A stretch of 64,000 nt of DNA from Pseudomonadota bacterium (GTDB lineage: Bacteria; Desulfobacterota; Binatia; Binatales; Binataceae): positions 185,777 to 249,776 of the forward strand of contig JAJPIG010000022.1 of the NCBI GenBank assembly GCA_021324855.1, in the 5' to 3' direction. Of this stretch, positions 30,855 to 40,585 are shown piece after piece. Below the pieces are notes generated by a model. The model saw only the letters and a program-made list of their open reading frames with translations, searched no databases and was not told where the DNA came from. Position 1 is the stretch's first letter. Each line of letters begins with the position of its first letter. The position numbers were made by a program, and so were the translations under genes.

Positions 30855-31544
30855 ATGAGGGCATCGGCGATAATCGTCGCAGCCGGGAGCGGTTCTCGCT
30901 TGGGGGCGTCCACGCCGAAGGCGTTCATCCGCATCGGCGCGCGAACACTGCTGCACTACTCCTTCGATGCCATCAAGATGGTACCCGCGATCATCGAGGC
31001 GGTGGTGACCGTGCCGGCCGGAATGGAATCCGTGGCGCGCAACGAGGCACGTCTGGCCGGCCTCGAGATTCCACTCAAAATCACTCCTGGCGGCATCGAG
31101 CGGCAGGATTCCGTCAGGATCGCGCTTGCGCTCACGAGCGCCGAGAGCGAATACGTTGTCATCCACGATGCCGCCAGGCCCTTCGCCTCCTCCACGATGT
31201 TCGACCGATGCCTCCGCGCGGCGGTCGAGCAAGGCGCTGCGATTGCGGCGATTCCGCTCGCCGACACCCTCAAACGGGTCGAGTCAGGTGCGATTACCCG
31301 GACAATTCCCCGCCTCGGGCTTTACCAGGCGCAGACTCCGCAGGCCTTTCAACGCGATCTGCTTAAGCAGGCGCATCGAAGAGCGGTTGAAAGTCGAATC
31401 TCCGCCACCGACGACGCGGAGTTGGTCGAACAGATCGGCGGACGAATCCGCATCGTGGAGGGCTCGCCGCTGAATCTGAAGATCACGACTCCCGCCGACC
31501 TGGCGATCGCGGAAGCACTCGCCCCGAAACCCGCAAATCCCTGA
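30855..31544 (+). CDS. ispD: 2-C-methyl-D-erythritol 4-phosphate cytidylyltransferase
   Basis: MRASAIIVAAGSGSRLG nucleotide-binding start and full-length IspD similarity (229 aa from ATG 30855). The ORF-track start at 30819 lies inside the carD terminator hairpin. No ispF follows. Confidence 0.85.
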   Translation: MRASAIIVAAGSGSRLGASTPKAFIRIGARTLLHYSFDAIKMVPAIIEAVVTVPAGMESVARNEARLAGLEIPLKITPGGIERQDSVRIALALTSAESEYVVIHDAARPFASSTMFDRCLRAAVEQGAAIAAIPLADTLKRVESGAITRTIPRLGLYQAQTPQAFQRDLLKQAHRRAVESRISATDDAELVEQIGGRIRIVEGSPLNLKITTPADLAIAEALAPKPANP

Positions 31545-31547
31545 TGC

Positions 31548-32372
31548 CTAGCCGTGCGACGGTGCGATGCCTTCGTTCAGCGAGCCCGAGCGGAAACCGC
31601 GTTGATCGACGGTCACGAAGCGAAACCCGATCCGGCGCAGCTCGCTCTCGACCCGCTCGCGCACCGGCGGGTCGAGCAGGCGCGCGAGCTCGGTCTGCTC
31701 GACTTCGAGCCGCGCAATCTCGCCATGGTAGCGCACGCGCGCGACGCGAAAGCCCATCTCATGGAGCAGCTTCTCGCCCGCCTCAACCTTCTGCAGTCCA
31801 TCCAACGTAATTCGCGTCCCGTACGGGAACCGTGATGAAAGGCATGGCGATGCCGGCCGATCCCACGTGGGGAGATCGAGCCGCCGCGATAACTCGCGAA
31901 TCTCGTCCTTGGTCAATTCGGCTTCGACCAGCGGATGCCGTACACGGAGCTCGCCAGCAGCTTTGATCCCGGGCCGGTAGTCGCGAAGATCGTCGAGATT
32001 GAGGCCGTCGAGAATCTGCTCGATTCCGAGTTCCGCCGCCTTCGTTCCGCAAACTGTGAAGAGATTGTGTTTGCACAGGTAGCATCGATTGAGCGGGTTC
32101 GCGGCATAACCGGGTACTTCCAGCTCGTTCGATTCGATCACCAGGTGATGTCCGACACCGATCCGACGGGCCATCTTGAGCGCGTTCTCGCGGTCGTCCT
32201 GCGGCATCGTTGGCGAGGTTGTGGTCAGCGCGGTCACCCGCTCGCCGAGCACGTCGTGCGCCGCCTTGAGCAGAAAAGTCGAATCGACCCCACCCGAGAA
32301 CGCGACCATCGCCGATGGCATCGGTCGGAGAATCGACTTCAGGCGTTCGAATTTCTCGTCGAGCGAAGCCAT
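31548..32372 (-). CDS. PP-loop ATP pyrophosphatase family protein (TIGR00268/LarE-like)
   Basis: PP-loop SGGVDS near the N-terminus (VAFSGGVDSTFLL). Conserved Cys-containing segments CYLCKHNLF and SPCLSSRFPYG. About 274 aa. Confidence 0.6.
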   Translation of the reverse strand: MASLDEKFERLKSILRPMPSAMVAFSGGVDSTFLLKAAHDVLGERVTALTTTSPTMPQDDRENALKMARRIGVGHHLVIESNELEVPGYAANPLNRCYLCKHNLFTVCGTKAAELGIEQILDGLNLDDLRDYRPGIKAAGELRVRHPLVEAELTKDEIRELSRRLDLPTWDRPASPCLSSRFPYGTRITLDGLQKVEAGEKLLHEMGFRVARVRYHGEIARLEVEQTELARLLDPPVRERVESELRRIGFRFVTVDQRGFRSGSLNEGIAPSHG

Positions 32373-32387
32373 TGCCCCCGCATGAAC

Positions 32388-33323
32388 CTAGATGCCCTCT
32401 GCCTGGAAGAGATCGGTCGTGAGGTAGCGTTCGCCGGTATCGCAGAAGACGGTTGCGACGAGCTTGCCCGCGCCCAGCCGCCGCGCGATCTGCAGCGCCG
32501 CACAGCATGACGCGCCCGACGAGATGCCGACCAGCAGCCCTTCCTCGCGGGCGAGGCGGCGTGCGAACTGGGTCGCATCCTCGTCGCTCACTTGAATGAT
32601 TTCATCGTAGATTTTCGTGTCTAGCGTATGCGGCACGAACCCCGCGCCGATACCTTGAATCTTGTGAAAGCCCGGCTCGCCCCCCGACAATACCGGCGAG
32701 GCCTGCGGCTCGACTGCGACGATCTGCACGCGGTTCTTCAGATGCTCCCGCAGGTAATGTCCAACGCCGCTGATCGTCCCGCCCGTCCCGACGCCGGTAA
32801 CAAACGCATCGATGTGTTTCAACTGTTCGACCAGCTCCGGGCCGGTGGTTCGATAGTGGAATTCCGGATTGGCCGGATTATTGAACTGTTGCGGCATGTA
32901 GTAGTCCGGATGGTCGCGCACCAGCTCCTCGGCCTTCGCGATCGCGCCATGCATCCCGCGCGTATCAGGCGTGAGCACCAGCTTTGCACCGTACGCGACC
33001 AGCAGCGAGCGCCGTTCCTCGCTCATCGTGTCCGGCATCGTCAGGATGAGGTTGTAGCCCTTAACCGCGGCGACCAGCGCCAGCCCGATTCCAGTGTTGC
33101 CCGAGGTCGGCTCGACGATCGTATCGCCCGGCTTGATTCTTCCGGCTTTCTCGGCGGCTTCGATCATAGCAAGGCAAATCCGGTCCTTGACGCTGCCGCC
33201 GGGATTGTAGTTTTCCAGCTTCGCCCAGACTTCGGCGTCGTTGCGCCCAGGCATCCGGTTAAGGCGTACTACGGGCGTATGGCCGATAAGTTCGAGTGGC
33301 GAGCGTGCGACTGAAGCGGGCAT
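32388..33323 (-). CDS. cysK: Cysteine synthase (O-acetylserine sulfhydrylase)
   Basis: PLP-lysine motif GGSVKDR, glycine loop [10 protein letters not shown], start [19 protein letters not shown]. Confidence 0.9.
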   Translation of the reverse strand: MPASVARSPLELIGHTPVVRLNRMPGRNDAEVWAKLENYNPGGSVKDRICLAMIEAAEKAGRIKPGDTIVEPTSGNTGIGLALVAAVKGYNLILTMPDTMSEERRSLLVAYGAKLVLTPDTRGMHGAIAKAEELVRDHPDYYMPQQFNNPANPEFHYRTTGPELVEQLKHIDAFVTGVGTGGTISGVGHYLREHLKNRVQIVAVEPQASPVLSGGEPGFHKIQGIGAGFVPHTLDTKIYDEIIQVSDEDATQFARRLAREEGLLVGISSGASCCAALQIARRLGAGKLVATVFCDTGERYLTTDLFQAEGI

Positions 33324-33395
33324 GGCGACGATTTTAGCCGTAATCGCGCGGCTTTGGCGACAGCGAAAACGCCGCTCGCGCCGCAATTTTCGCCG

Positions 33396-34307
33396 ATGAG
33401 CCGGGTGCTGGTAATTTTCCCGGGCGCGCTCGGCGATCTGATCTGCCTCGCGCCGGTCTTGTGGGCAATCCGCCGCCGCTATCCCGCGGCGTCGCTCGAG
33501 TTGATGGCGCGCGAGGAGCTGGGCCGCCTCGCGATCGGTCGGCTCGGAATCGATGCCGGTATCTCGATCGATCGTCGCGAAGTGAGCGCGTTATTTCTCG
33601 AACGAGCGACGGGCGCGAATCAGCTTTTTGCCGGATACGGCCGAATCTACTCATTCTTTGCCACAGACGATTCGGTCTTTCGCGCAAATCTGATAGCTGC
33701 GGCGCGCGATGCGGAAGTTACGTTCCATCCGTTCCGGCCGCCGGGCCCTGAGCACGTCGCGATCGCGTCGCTCAAGTCGATAGCGATCCCTGACGCGCCC
33801 CTCGATTATCGAATCCGCGTCCTCGCAGAAGACCGCGATACGGCCGCCGCGCATCTCGCGAGCGTCGGCGCGCATCCGCATGAATTCATCGTGCTCTTTC
33901 CGGGCAGCGGCAGCCCGGCCAAGAACTGGCCGCTCAACAATTTCGTCGCGCTCGCAGGCCGGCTTGCTCAAAAAACGCGCATCGTCTTTGTGACCGGACC
34001 GGCCGAAGCAGGCTTCGAGGATCGCATCCGGATGGCGGGATTTCCGCTGTTTTCCAAGCTCGAATTGCCCGTCGTCGCAGCGATTTCGTCGCAGGCGCGA
34101 CTCTTTGTGGGCAACGACTCCGGCGTTTCGCATCTGGCTGCCGCCACCGGCGCGCCGGGCATCGCGATCTTCGGTCCGAGCGATCCCGCGCGCTTTCGTC
34201 CGCTCGGCGATGTCGAAGTGATCGCGCGGACGCCGCTCGCGGCGCTGGATGTCGCGGAAGTCGCCGCTGCCGTGAATGCAAAAATTCGGAGTAGCCGGAT
34301 GAATTGA
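33396..34307 (+). CDS. Family 9 glycosyltransferase (ADP-heptose:LPS heptosyltransferase-like)
   Basis: [19 protein letters not shown]-terminal motif and C-terminal [24 protein letters not shown] typical of RfaF/WaaC-type GT9. Confidence 0.7.
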   Translation: MSRVLVIFPGALGDLICLAPVLWAIRRRYPAASLELMAREELGRLAIGRLGIDAGISIDRREVSALFLERATGANQLFAGYGRIYSFFATDDSVFRANLIAAARDAEVTFHPFRPPGPEHVAIASLKSIAIPDAPLDYRIRVLAEDRDTAAAHLASVGAHPHEFIVLFPGSGSPAKNWPLNNFVALAGRLAQKTRIVFVTGPAEAGFEDRIRMAGFPLFSKLELPVVAAISSQARLFVGNDSGVSHLAAATGAPGIAIFGPSDPARFRPLGDVEVIARTPLAALDVAEVAAAVNAKIRSSRMN

Positions 34308-34482
34308 GCGCTGCAGCAGTGCGTCAGATTAATAAGTGTGCGCCGACGAGCGATGCGCCGAATAATGGTTACATTGACTGCCAAAATGGCCCGGCGTAGC
34401 TTTGCCGTAGCCGCTGGTATCGCTGGCGTAGCAGCGGCGGCGAGCCTATAGACTGAACTACACGAGCCACGCAAATCGAAAA

Positions 34483-35337
34483 ATGAGAAGCTTCCTCAAA
34501 ACGACAATTCTGCTCGGCGCGCTGACCGGCCTTCTGATGCTGATTGGCGGCGTTCTCGGCGGCCATAACGGCGTCGTGATGGCCTTCGTCTTCGCGGCTG
34601 TTATGAACTTCGTGAGCTACTGGTTTTCCGACAAGATCGTGCTTCGGGCGTACAACGCGCAACCGCTCGACCCGTCGTCGGCGCCCGAAATCTACGGAAT
34701 CGTCACCGAGCTCGCGCAGTCGGCGAAAATCCCGACGCCACGTCTCTATCTGATCGATACCGACACCCCCAACGCTTTCGCGACCGGACGCAATCCGCGC
34801 CATGCGGCAGTCGCTGTCACGCGCGGAATCATGCGGATCTGCAATCGCGATGAACTGAAGGGCGTGCTCGGCCATGAGCTTTCGCACGTGATCAATCGCG
34901 ACATCCTGACCAGCTCGATCGCGGCCACGCTCGCCGGCGCGATCATGATGATTGCGAGCTTCCTGCGCTGGGGCGCGATTTTCGGACTCGGCGGCCGTGA
35001 CGATGACCGCGGCGGCTTTCTCGAGCTGATCGTGATGGCGATTCTCGCGCCGATCGCGGCCTCGCTAATCCAGCTCGCAATCTCGCGCACCCGCGAATAT
35101 CAGGCCGACGCGAGCGGCGCCGCGCTGACGCATCATCCGCTTTCTCTCGCCAGCGCGCTGCGCAAACTCGAGGCCGCCAACGAGCGGATCCCGATGGATG
35201 CGGGGCCTGCGACCGCGCACCTGTTCATCGTGAACCCACTGAGCGCGGAGGGACTGACGCGCCTGTTCTCGACTCACCCGCCGATCGAGGAACGCATCCG
35301 GCGACTGGAGCGGATGGCGGGACAGGCTGCGTCCTGA
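34483..35337 (+). CDS. htpX: Membrane zinc metalloprotease HtpX (M48)
   Basis: HELSHV HExxH motif, TM segments, NAFATG motif. Confidence 0.9.
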   Translation: MRSFLKTTILLGALTGLLMLIGGVLGGHNGVVMAFVFAAVMNFVSYWFSDKIVLRAYNAQPLDPSSAPEIYGIVTELAQSAKIPTPRLYLIDTDTPNAFATGRNPRHAAVAVTRGIMRICNRDELKGVLGHELSHVINRDILTSSIAATLAGAIMMIASFLRWGAIFGLGGRDDDRGGFLELIVMAILAPIAASLIQLAISRTREYQADASGAALTHHPLSLASALRKLEAANERIPMDAGPATAHLFIVNPLSAEGLTRLFSTHPPIEERIRRLERMAGQAAS

Positions 35338-35348
35338 GCGGCATCATC

Positions 35349-35807
35349 ATGAGCGAGAAAGAGGAAAAAGAGGAATCAAAGGGTTTCAAGATCCAGGATC
35401 GGCGCCGCTTCTCGGCCGAAGGCGAGCTGAAACCGGAGTTCCGGCAGGAGTCTGAAACGCCGGCCGCGGAGCCCCGATCCGAGGCCGCCGCATCGGGGCC
35501 GCGGTCTGCTCCCGAAGCGGCCGGTCACAAGACTGCTTCGCCGCAGGGCGCGCCCGAGGTGACCTTTGCGAGTTTCCTCGTGGGGCTCTCGGCGCAGGCG
35601 CTGGTGCATCTGGGCGAAGCGCCCGATCCGGCGAGTGGCGAAGTCCATCGCGATCTTCCGAGCGCGCAGCAGCTTATCGATTTGATCGGAATCCTACAGG
35701 AAAAGACCCGCGGCAATCTCGATACGAGCGAAGCGTCGATGCTCGAAGCCATTCTCTTCGACCTGCGGATGAAATACGTTGAACTTGCCGGCCGGCGCTC
35801 CGCGTAA
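35349..35807 (+). CDS. DUF1844-like protein with acidic N-terminus
   Basis: Conserved C-terminal block VTFASFLVGLSAQALVHLGE...DLPSAQQLIDLIGILQEKTRGNLD..EASMLEAILFDLRMKYVE. Confidence 0.5.
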   Translation: MSEKEEKEESKGFKIQDRRRFSAEGELKPEFRQESETPAAEPRSEAAASGPRSAPEAAGHKTASPQGAPEVTFASFLVGLSAQALVHLGEAPDPASGEVHRDLPSAQQLIDLIGILQEKTRGNLDTSEASMLEAILFDLRMKYVELAGRRSA

Positions 35808-35828
35808 CCGGGCGCGGCCGGAATTTCC

Positions 35829-37259
35829 ATGGTTTCCCGCCGTTCAAGCGTCTTTTTCCTGGCGTCGGGCCTCGTCGCCTTTTTTCTAATCGCAGCGGGC
35901 GCTGAACCCGCAAAAGCCAAAGATCGTCTTTGGAGCGAGCTCGGGCCAAATGCGTCGGCAGCGCGCGTCGAACTCCCCGATTTTGCGGATCTCGCGGCGC
36001 GGCTGAGCCCCGCGGTGGTCAACATCTCGGTCGAGCAGAAGGCGTCATCCGCTACCGAACCGAGCTCCGAGGCCGAGCCTTTCAATCAGCTAGCACCGCC
36101 CGAGGAAACGCATCCGAAAGGCGTCGGCTCCGGATTTGTGATCAATAAGACCGGCTACATCCTGACCAATGATCATGTGGTCGCCAAGGCGCGAAAGATC
36201 AGCGTTACCACCAGCGACGGACAGCGCTTTGTGGCCACTCTCGTCGGCCGTGATCCCAAGACCGACGTTGCGCTCATCAAGATCGAGCCCGGCCGGATGC
36301 TGCCGGTCGCACCGCTCGGCGATTCGCGCTCGGTGAGGGTCGGGGAGTGGGTCATGGCGATCGGCAACCCGTTCGGCTTCGACCACACGGTGACGGTCGG
36401 GATCGTAAGCGCGAAGGGGCGGTTCATCCCGGGTAACTACGATGAATTCATACAGACCGACGCGTCGATCAATCCCGGCAATTCCGGCGGTCCGCTGATC
36501 GATACGCGCGGTGAAGTGATCGCCGTCAACTCGGCCATCTACACCCGCACCGGCTCCAACACCGGCATCAGCTTCGCGATCCCGATCGACCTGGTGAAAC
36601 GCGAGTTGCCGGAGCTCGCGGCCAATCACAAGGTCGTTCGCGGATGGCTCGGCGTTTACATCGAGCAGGTAACCCCTGAAGTCGCGGCCGCGCACGGACT
36701 GAAGACGCCGCACGGCGCGATGATCGATGAAGTGGTGGCCCAGAGTCCCGCCGAAACGGCCGGACTCAAGAAGGGAGACATCATCGTCGGCTTCGACGGA
36801 CAGCCGATCGGCGATTCGCAGGAGCTGCCGCTGAGGGTCGGTGCAACGCCGCTTGGCGAACGCGTCACGCTGGACGTCGTCCGTGGCAGTCAGCGGCGCA
36901 AGCTCGCGGTGACGATCGCCGCTTCGCGCGAGACCGAACTTGCCGAAGCCGGCAGCGGCTTCGAAACCGAAGCCGAGCCGCCGCTCGGACTCAAGGTCGG
37001 GAACCTCAATGCGCGCATCGCGCAGGAGATGGGACTCGGCAAGTCCGGCGTCGTGGTCGATTCGGTGACGCCCGGCAGCGCCGCGGCGCAGGCCGGCCTG
37101 CAGCCGCGCGATATAATCGTCGAGGTGAACCGCCGGTCGGTCCGCGATGTCGATACCTATTCGCGAGCGCTAAAGGAGGGTGGCAAAGGGCGGGCGATCT
37201 TGTTGCTGGTCAAGCGCGGCAAGACAGCGGTCTTCGTTCCGGTGGTGCCCGGCGAATGA
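35829..37259 (+). CDS. degP: Periplasmic serine endoprotease DegP/HtrA (trypsin domain plus 2 PDZ)
   Basis: Catalytic triad context TNDHVV / D..L / GNSGGPL. Two PDZ domains. Signal peptide. Confidence 0.9.
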   Translation: MVSRRSSVFFLASGLVAFFLIAAGAEPAKAKDRLWSELGPNASAARVELPDFADLAARLSPAVVNISVEQKASSATEPSSEAEPFNQLAPPEETHPKGVGSGFVINKTGYILTNDHVVAKARKISVTTSDGQRFVATLVGRDPKTDVALIKIEPGRMLPVAPLGDSRSVRVGEWVMAIGNPFGFDHTVTVGIVSAKGRFIPGNYDEFIQTDASINPGNSGGPLIDTRGEVIAVNSAIYTRTGSNTGISFAIPIDLVKRELPELAANHKVVRGWLGVYIEQVTPEVAAAHGLKTPHGAMIDEVVAQSPAETAGLKKGDIIVGFDGQPIGDSQELPLRVGATPLGERVTLDVVRGSQRRKLAVTIAASRETELAEAGSGFETEAEPPLGLKVGNLNARIAQEMGLGKSGVVVDSVTPGSAAAQAGLQPRDIIVEVNRRSVRDVDTYSRALKEGGKGRAILLLVKRGKTAVFVPVVPGE

Positions 37260-37324
37260 ACCGGCACAACCGGCGCATCTGCGCAAGCGCACTCGCATAG
37301 CGAGAGCCCCAATCTTCTGAAATC

Positions 37325-39679
37325 GTGAAACGACTGCTGAAATTCGCGCTGTTCGGCGTGTGCGGAGTGATTCTGTTTGCGATTCCGCCGCTCCTCTACT
37401 TCTTCTTCTCCTACTACTACGCGCTTCAGAACGAAGTCATCCAGCGCTTCGCCGGCCGCCATTGGAGCATTCCGTCGCGCATCTATTCGGATTCGACGCT
37501 GGTCTACCCCGGCATCGATCTCGACTCGATCGGATTTTTTCAGCGTCTCGCGCGCCTCAATTATCATCGCATTATTTCTGCCGGGCTGCCCGGACGCGGC
37601 GAGTATGTCTATGACCGGCGGCGCGGCCGCCTTGTCATCTTTTTGCATCGCTTTTCTTATCCGTATGAAGAATTCCCGGGCGAGATGGTCGAGCTTGGGC
37701 TCAAGGGCAATACGGTCGTCGCGATGCGCGACGTCGGCAGCGGCAAGCCGATCTACTCGATGCAGCTCGAGCCCGAGTTGCTGAGCGGGATTTTCCAGGG
37801 AAGCTGGGAGCAGCGGCGGCTGGTGCGGCTGTCGATGATTCCGCCTGCGATGATCGACGCGATTCTCGCCGCCGAAGACCATCGCTTTTACGAGCACCAC
37901 GGCATCGACATCGTCCGCATCATCAAGGCGGCGTACGTCGATTTCACGTCCGGCCATGTCCGTCAGGGCGGCTCAACGCTCACCCAGCAGTTGATGAAGA
38001 ACTTCTTCCTCAACAGCCAGCGGACCTACAAGCGCAAAATCAAAGAGGTGATCATGGCGTACATCGCCGAGCGCCTCTACAGCAAGGACGAGATTCTCGA
38101 AAACTACATCAATGACATTTATCTCGGGCAGCGCGGCCAGGAGGGCATCTACGGCGTCTGGGAAGCTTCGGAGTACTATTTCTCGAAGACCCCGGCCGAC
38201 TTGACGATCGGCGAGATGGCGACGATCGCCGGGATGATCAGCTCGCCGAATCGCCTCAACCCGCTGCGCCATCCCGATCTCGCACGTATCCGCCGCAACG
38301 AAGTGCTCGGCTTGATGCTCCAGGACGGGTACATCAGCAAGGCGGCCTACGACAACGCAGTAATGGAGCCGCTCAGGCCGCGCGAGACCTTCGTGGAAAC
38401 CAACGACGCGCCCTATTTCGTCGATTACGTGAAGCACGAACTCGCCGAGCGTTATCCGGCCAACGTGCTGACCGGCGAAGGCCTCCGAATCTTCACCACT
38501 CTCGACGTGCATATGCAGAAGCTCGCCGAGAAAGCCGTCGATGAAAACCTCGATGAACTCGAGGCCAAGTATCCGCGGCTCAGGCGCAAGGAAGAGCAGG
38601 ATCGGCTGGAGTCGGCGCTGGTCGCTTTGGAGCCACCGACCGGGAAGATCCGCGCGATGGTCGGTGGGCGCAATTATCGCCAGAGCCAGTTCAACCGCGT
38701 AACGCAATCGCATCGCCAACCCGGCTCGGTCTTCAAGCCGGTCACCTACCTCGCTGCGCTCGATGAAACGCTCGAAGGCGGTCCGGATCGTTTTCTGCCG
38801 ACCACCTACATCGAGGATGAACCGTTCACCTGGACCTACGGCGACATGAGTTGGACGCCGAGGAACTACAAGGATCGCTATTTCGGCCGCGTGACGCTCG
38901 AATTCGCCCTCCAGGAATCGCTCAACTCGGCGACCTCACGCCTCGCCAATGCCGTCGGTCTCGATCGCATCCGCGCGATGGCCGCGAAACTCGGCTTCGG
39001 CGATCTGCCCCCTTATCCATCGATCGTTCTGGGCGGCATCGAAGTGACGCCGATGCAAATTGCAAATGCCTACGCGATCTTCGCCAACGAGGGCCTTGAG
39101 GTCCAGCCGTACGCGGTCACCGCCGTGGTCGATCAAAACGGCCACGTAATCCAAGGGCATGAGCTGAAGGCGGCGCAGGTCCTGAGTCCGCAACTCGCTT
39201 TCATGCTCGATTTCATGCTGGAGAATGTCATCAATCACGGCACCGGAATCGGCGCGCGGCGGCTCGGCTTCAAACGTCCGGCCGCCGGCAAGACGGGAAC
39301 GACCAACGACGCCAAGGATGCGTGGTTTGCCGGGTTCACGCCGAATCTGCTCGCCGTCGTCTGGACCGGCTTCGACCAGAAGGAAGTGCTGAATCTCACT
39401 GGCGCGGAGGCGTCGTTGCCCGCATGGACCACGTTCATGAAGGCGGCTACTGCGTGGCTGCCAGCGCTCGATTTTGCGGTGCCGCCCGGAATCGTAACCG
39501 AAGCGGTCGACCCGTTGACCGGCTACAAGGCGGGTCCATACTGTCCTGTGGTAGCTGAGGGCGCTTTCCCGATAGCGCTCGCGCCGACTCAAGAATGTCC
39601 GTTCCATACCGCAACCACGAAGACCGCTTCCGATCACGCGAGAGAAGAGCCCGACGCTTCTCAAGAGCCGAGCGATTGA
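37325..39679 (+). CDS. mrcA: Class A penicillin-binding protein (bifunctional glycosyltransferase/transpeptidase, PBP1)
   Basis: GT51 motifs EDHRFYEHHGID and GGSTLTQQL. Transpeptidase SVFKP (SxxK), SLN and KTGT. N-terminal TM. Confidence 0.9.
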   Translation: MKRLLKFALFGVCGVILFAIPPLLYFFFSYYYALQNEVIQRFAGRHWSIPSRIYSDSTLVYPGIDLDSIGFFQRLARLNYHRIISAGLPGRGEYVYDRRRGRLVIFLHRFSYPYEEFPGEMVELGLKGNTVVAMRDVGSGKPIYSMQLEPELLSGIFQGSWEQRRLVRLSMIPPAMIDAILAAEDHRFYEHHGIDIVRIIKAAYVDFTSGHVRQGGSTLTQQLMKNFFLNSQRTYKRKIKEVIMAYIAERLYSKDEILENYINDIYLGQRGQEGIYGVWEASEYYFSKTPADLTIGEMATIAGMISSPNRLNPLRHPDLARIRRNEVLGLMLQDGYISKAAYDNAVMEPLRPRETFVETNDAPYFVDYVKHELAERYPANVLTGEGLRIFTTLDVHMQKLAEKAVDENLDELEAKYPRLRRKEEQDRLESALVALEPPTGKIRAMVGGRNYRQSQFNRVTQSHRQPGSVFKPVTYLAALDETLEGGPDRFLPTTYIEDEPFTWTYGDMSWTPRNYKDRYFGRVTLEFALQESLNSATSRLANAVGLDRIRAMAAKLGFGDLPPYPSIVLGGIEVTPMQIANAYAIFANEGLEVQPYAVTAVVDQNGHVIQGHELKAAQVLSPQLAFMLDFMLENVINHGTGIGARRLGFKRPAAGKTGTTNDAKDAWFAGFTPNLLAVVWTGFDQKEVLNLTGAEASLPAWTTFMKAATAWLPALDFAVPPGIVTEAVDPLTGYKAGPYCPVVAEGAFPIALAPTQECPFHTATTKTASDHAREEPDASQEPSD

Positions 39680-40557
39680 GGAGCGTCCCAACCCTGAGCG
39701 CGGTCGCGCTCGCGCTTGTAGCTGCCTGCGGGGCTGCGCCGGTGCGAGCCGGGTCAATATCGCGCGCGATGGTCGTTGCACTCAGCGAGGAGAGTTTGCC
39801 CGCCGCGGCGGCGAGCCCGACCGCGACGGTCTCATCGAGCCCCGGCGCCTCATCAAGCGCGACCCCGTCCGCCTCATCTACCGCACCTGAAGCGGCCGCG
39901 ACGCCCGGCGCGCCGCAGCCCGCCGCAGCAGCGACCGAAGTTCCGCCGCCGGCCGATTTCGCGAGCGTACCGATCTCCGCACCGGTAAGTTCATCGTCGC
40001 TCGATCCGCTAATCCGGCAGACCACCGACCCTTCGCTCTCCGCATCGCTCCGGGTAACCGAGCAGGCGCGCGAGGAGCTCAGCGAGAACCATCCCGACCA
40101 AGCCGTCAGATCCCTCGGCCGGGCGCTCTCAATCGATGCCGGCAATCCTTATTCGTACTTCTACCTCGGACGCGCCTACCTGATAAAAAAGGATTACAAG
40201 CAGGCGCTGACCTTTTTCTCGCGGGCCGAACTGGGACTCAGCTCGAATCCGCCCTGGCTCGGCGAGACCGTCGGTTTCGAGGGCGCATGCTACGAAGAGA
40301 TGGGACGCGATCAGGATGCCGCGCTTGCGTACCAACGCGCGTTGCAGCTTTCGCCGGGGAACCTGATGGCGCGCGCGGGTTATGGGCGCCTTGCCTCGGC
40401 GCTGCCACCTCCTCCCATTCCGCCGGAGGAGCAGCCCAGCGCGGCCGACGTCGATCAGCCTCCGCCTGAGGAAGAGGACGAAATCCGCACCGTGCCGTCC
40501 GGTGAGCCGCTGGAAACCGCGCCTCCGGAGGAGCCGCCGCCACCCCCTCACTACTGA
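39677..40557 (+). CDS. TPR-containing lipoprotein with Ser/Ala/Pro-rich linker and Pro/Glu-rich C-terminus
   Basis: TTG start overlapping the PBP stop. Lipobox LVAAC. TPR repeats (YSYFYLGRAYLIKKDYKQAL...AYQRALQLSPGNLMA). Start codon uncertain. Confidence 0.5.
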
Positions 40558-40585
40558 TGAAAATCGCGGTCAGCATCAGGGCAAC

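Noticed and set aside
37157-39781. Minus-strand ORFs 37157-37957, 37973-38719 and 38936-39781
   Set aside because: Antisense to the degP C-terminus and the PBP1 gene, which carry complete catalytic motifs.
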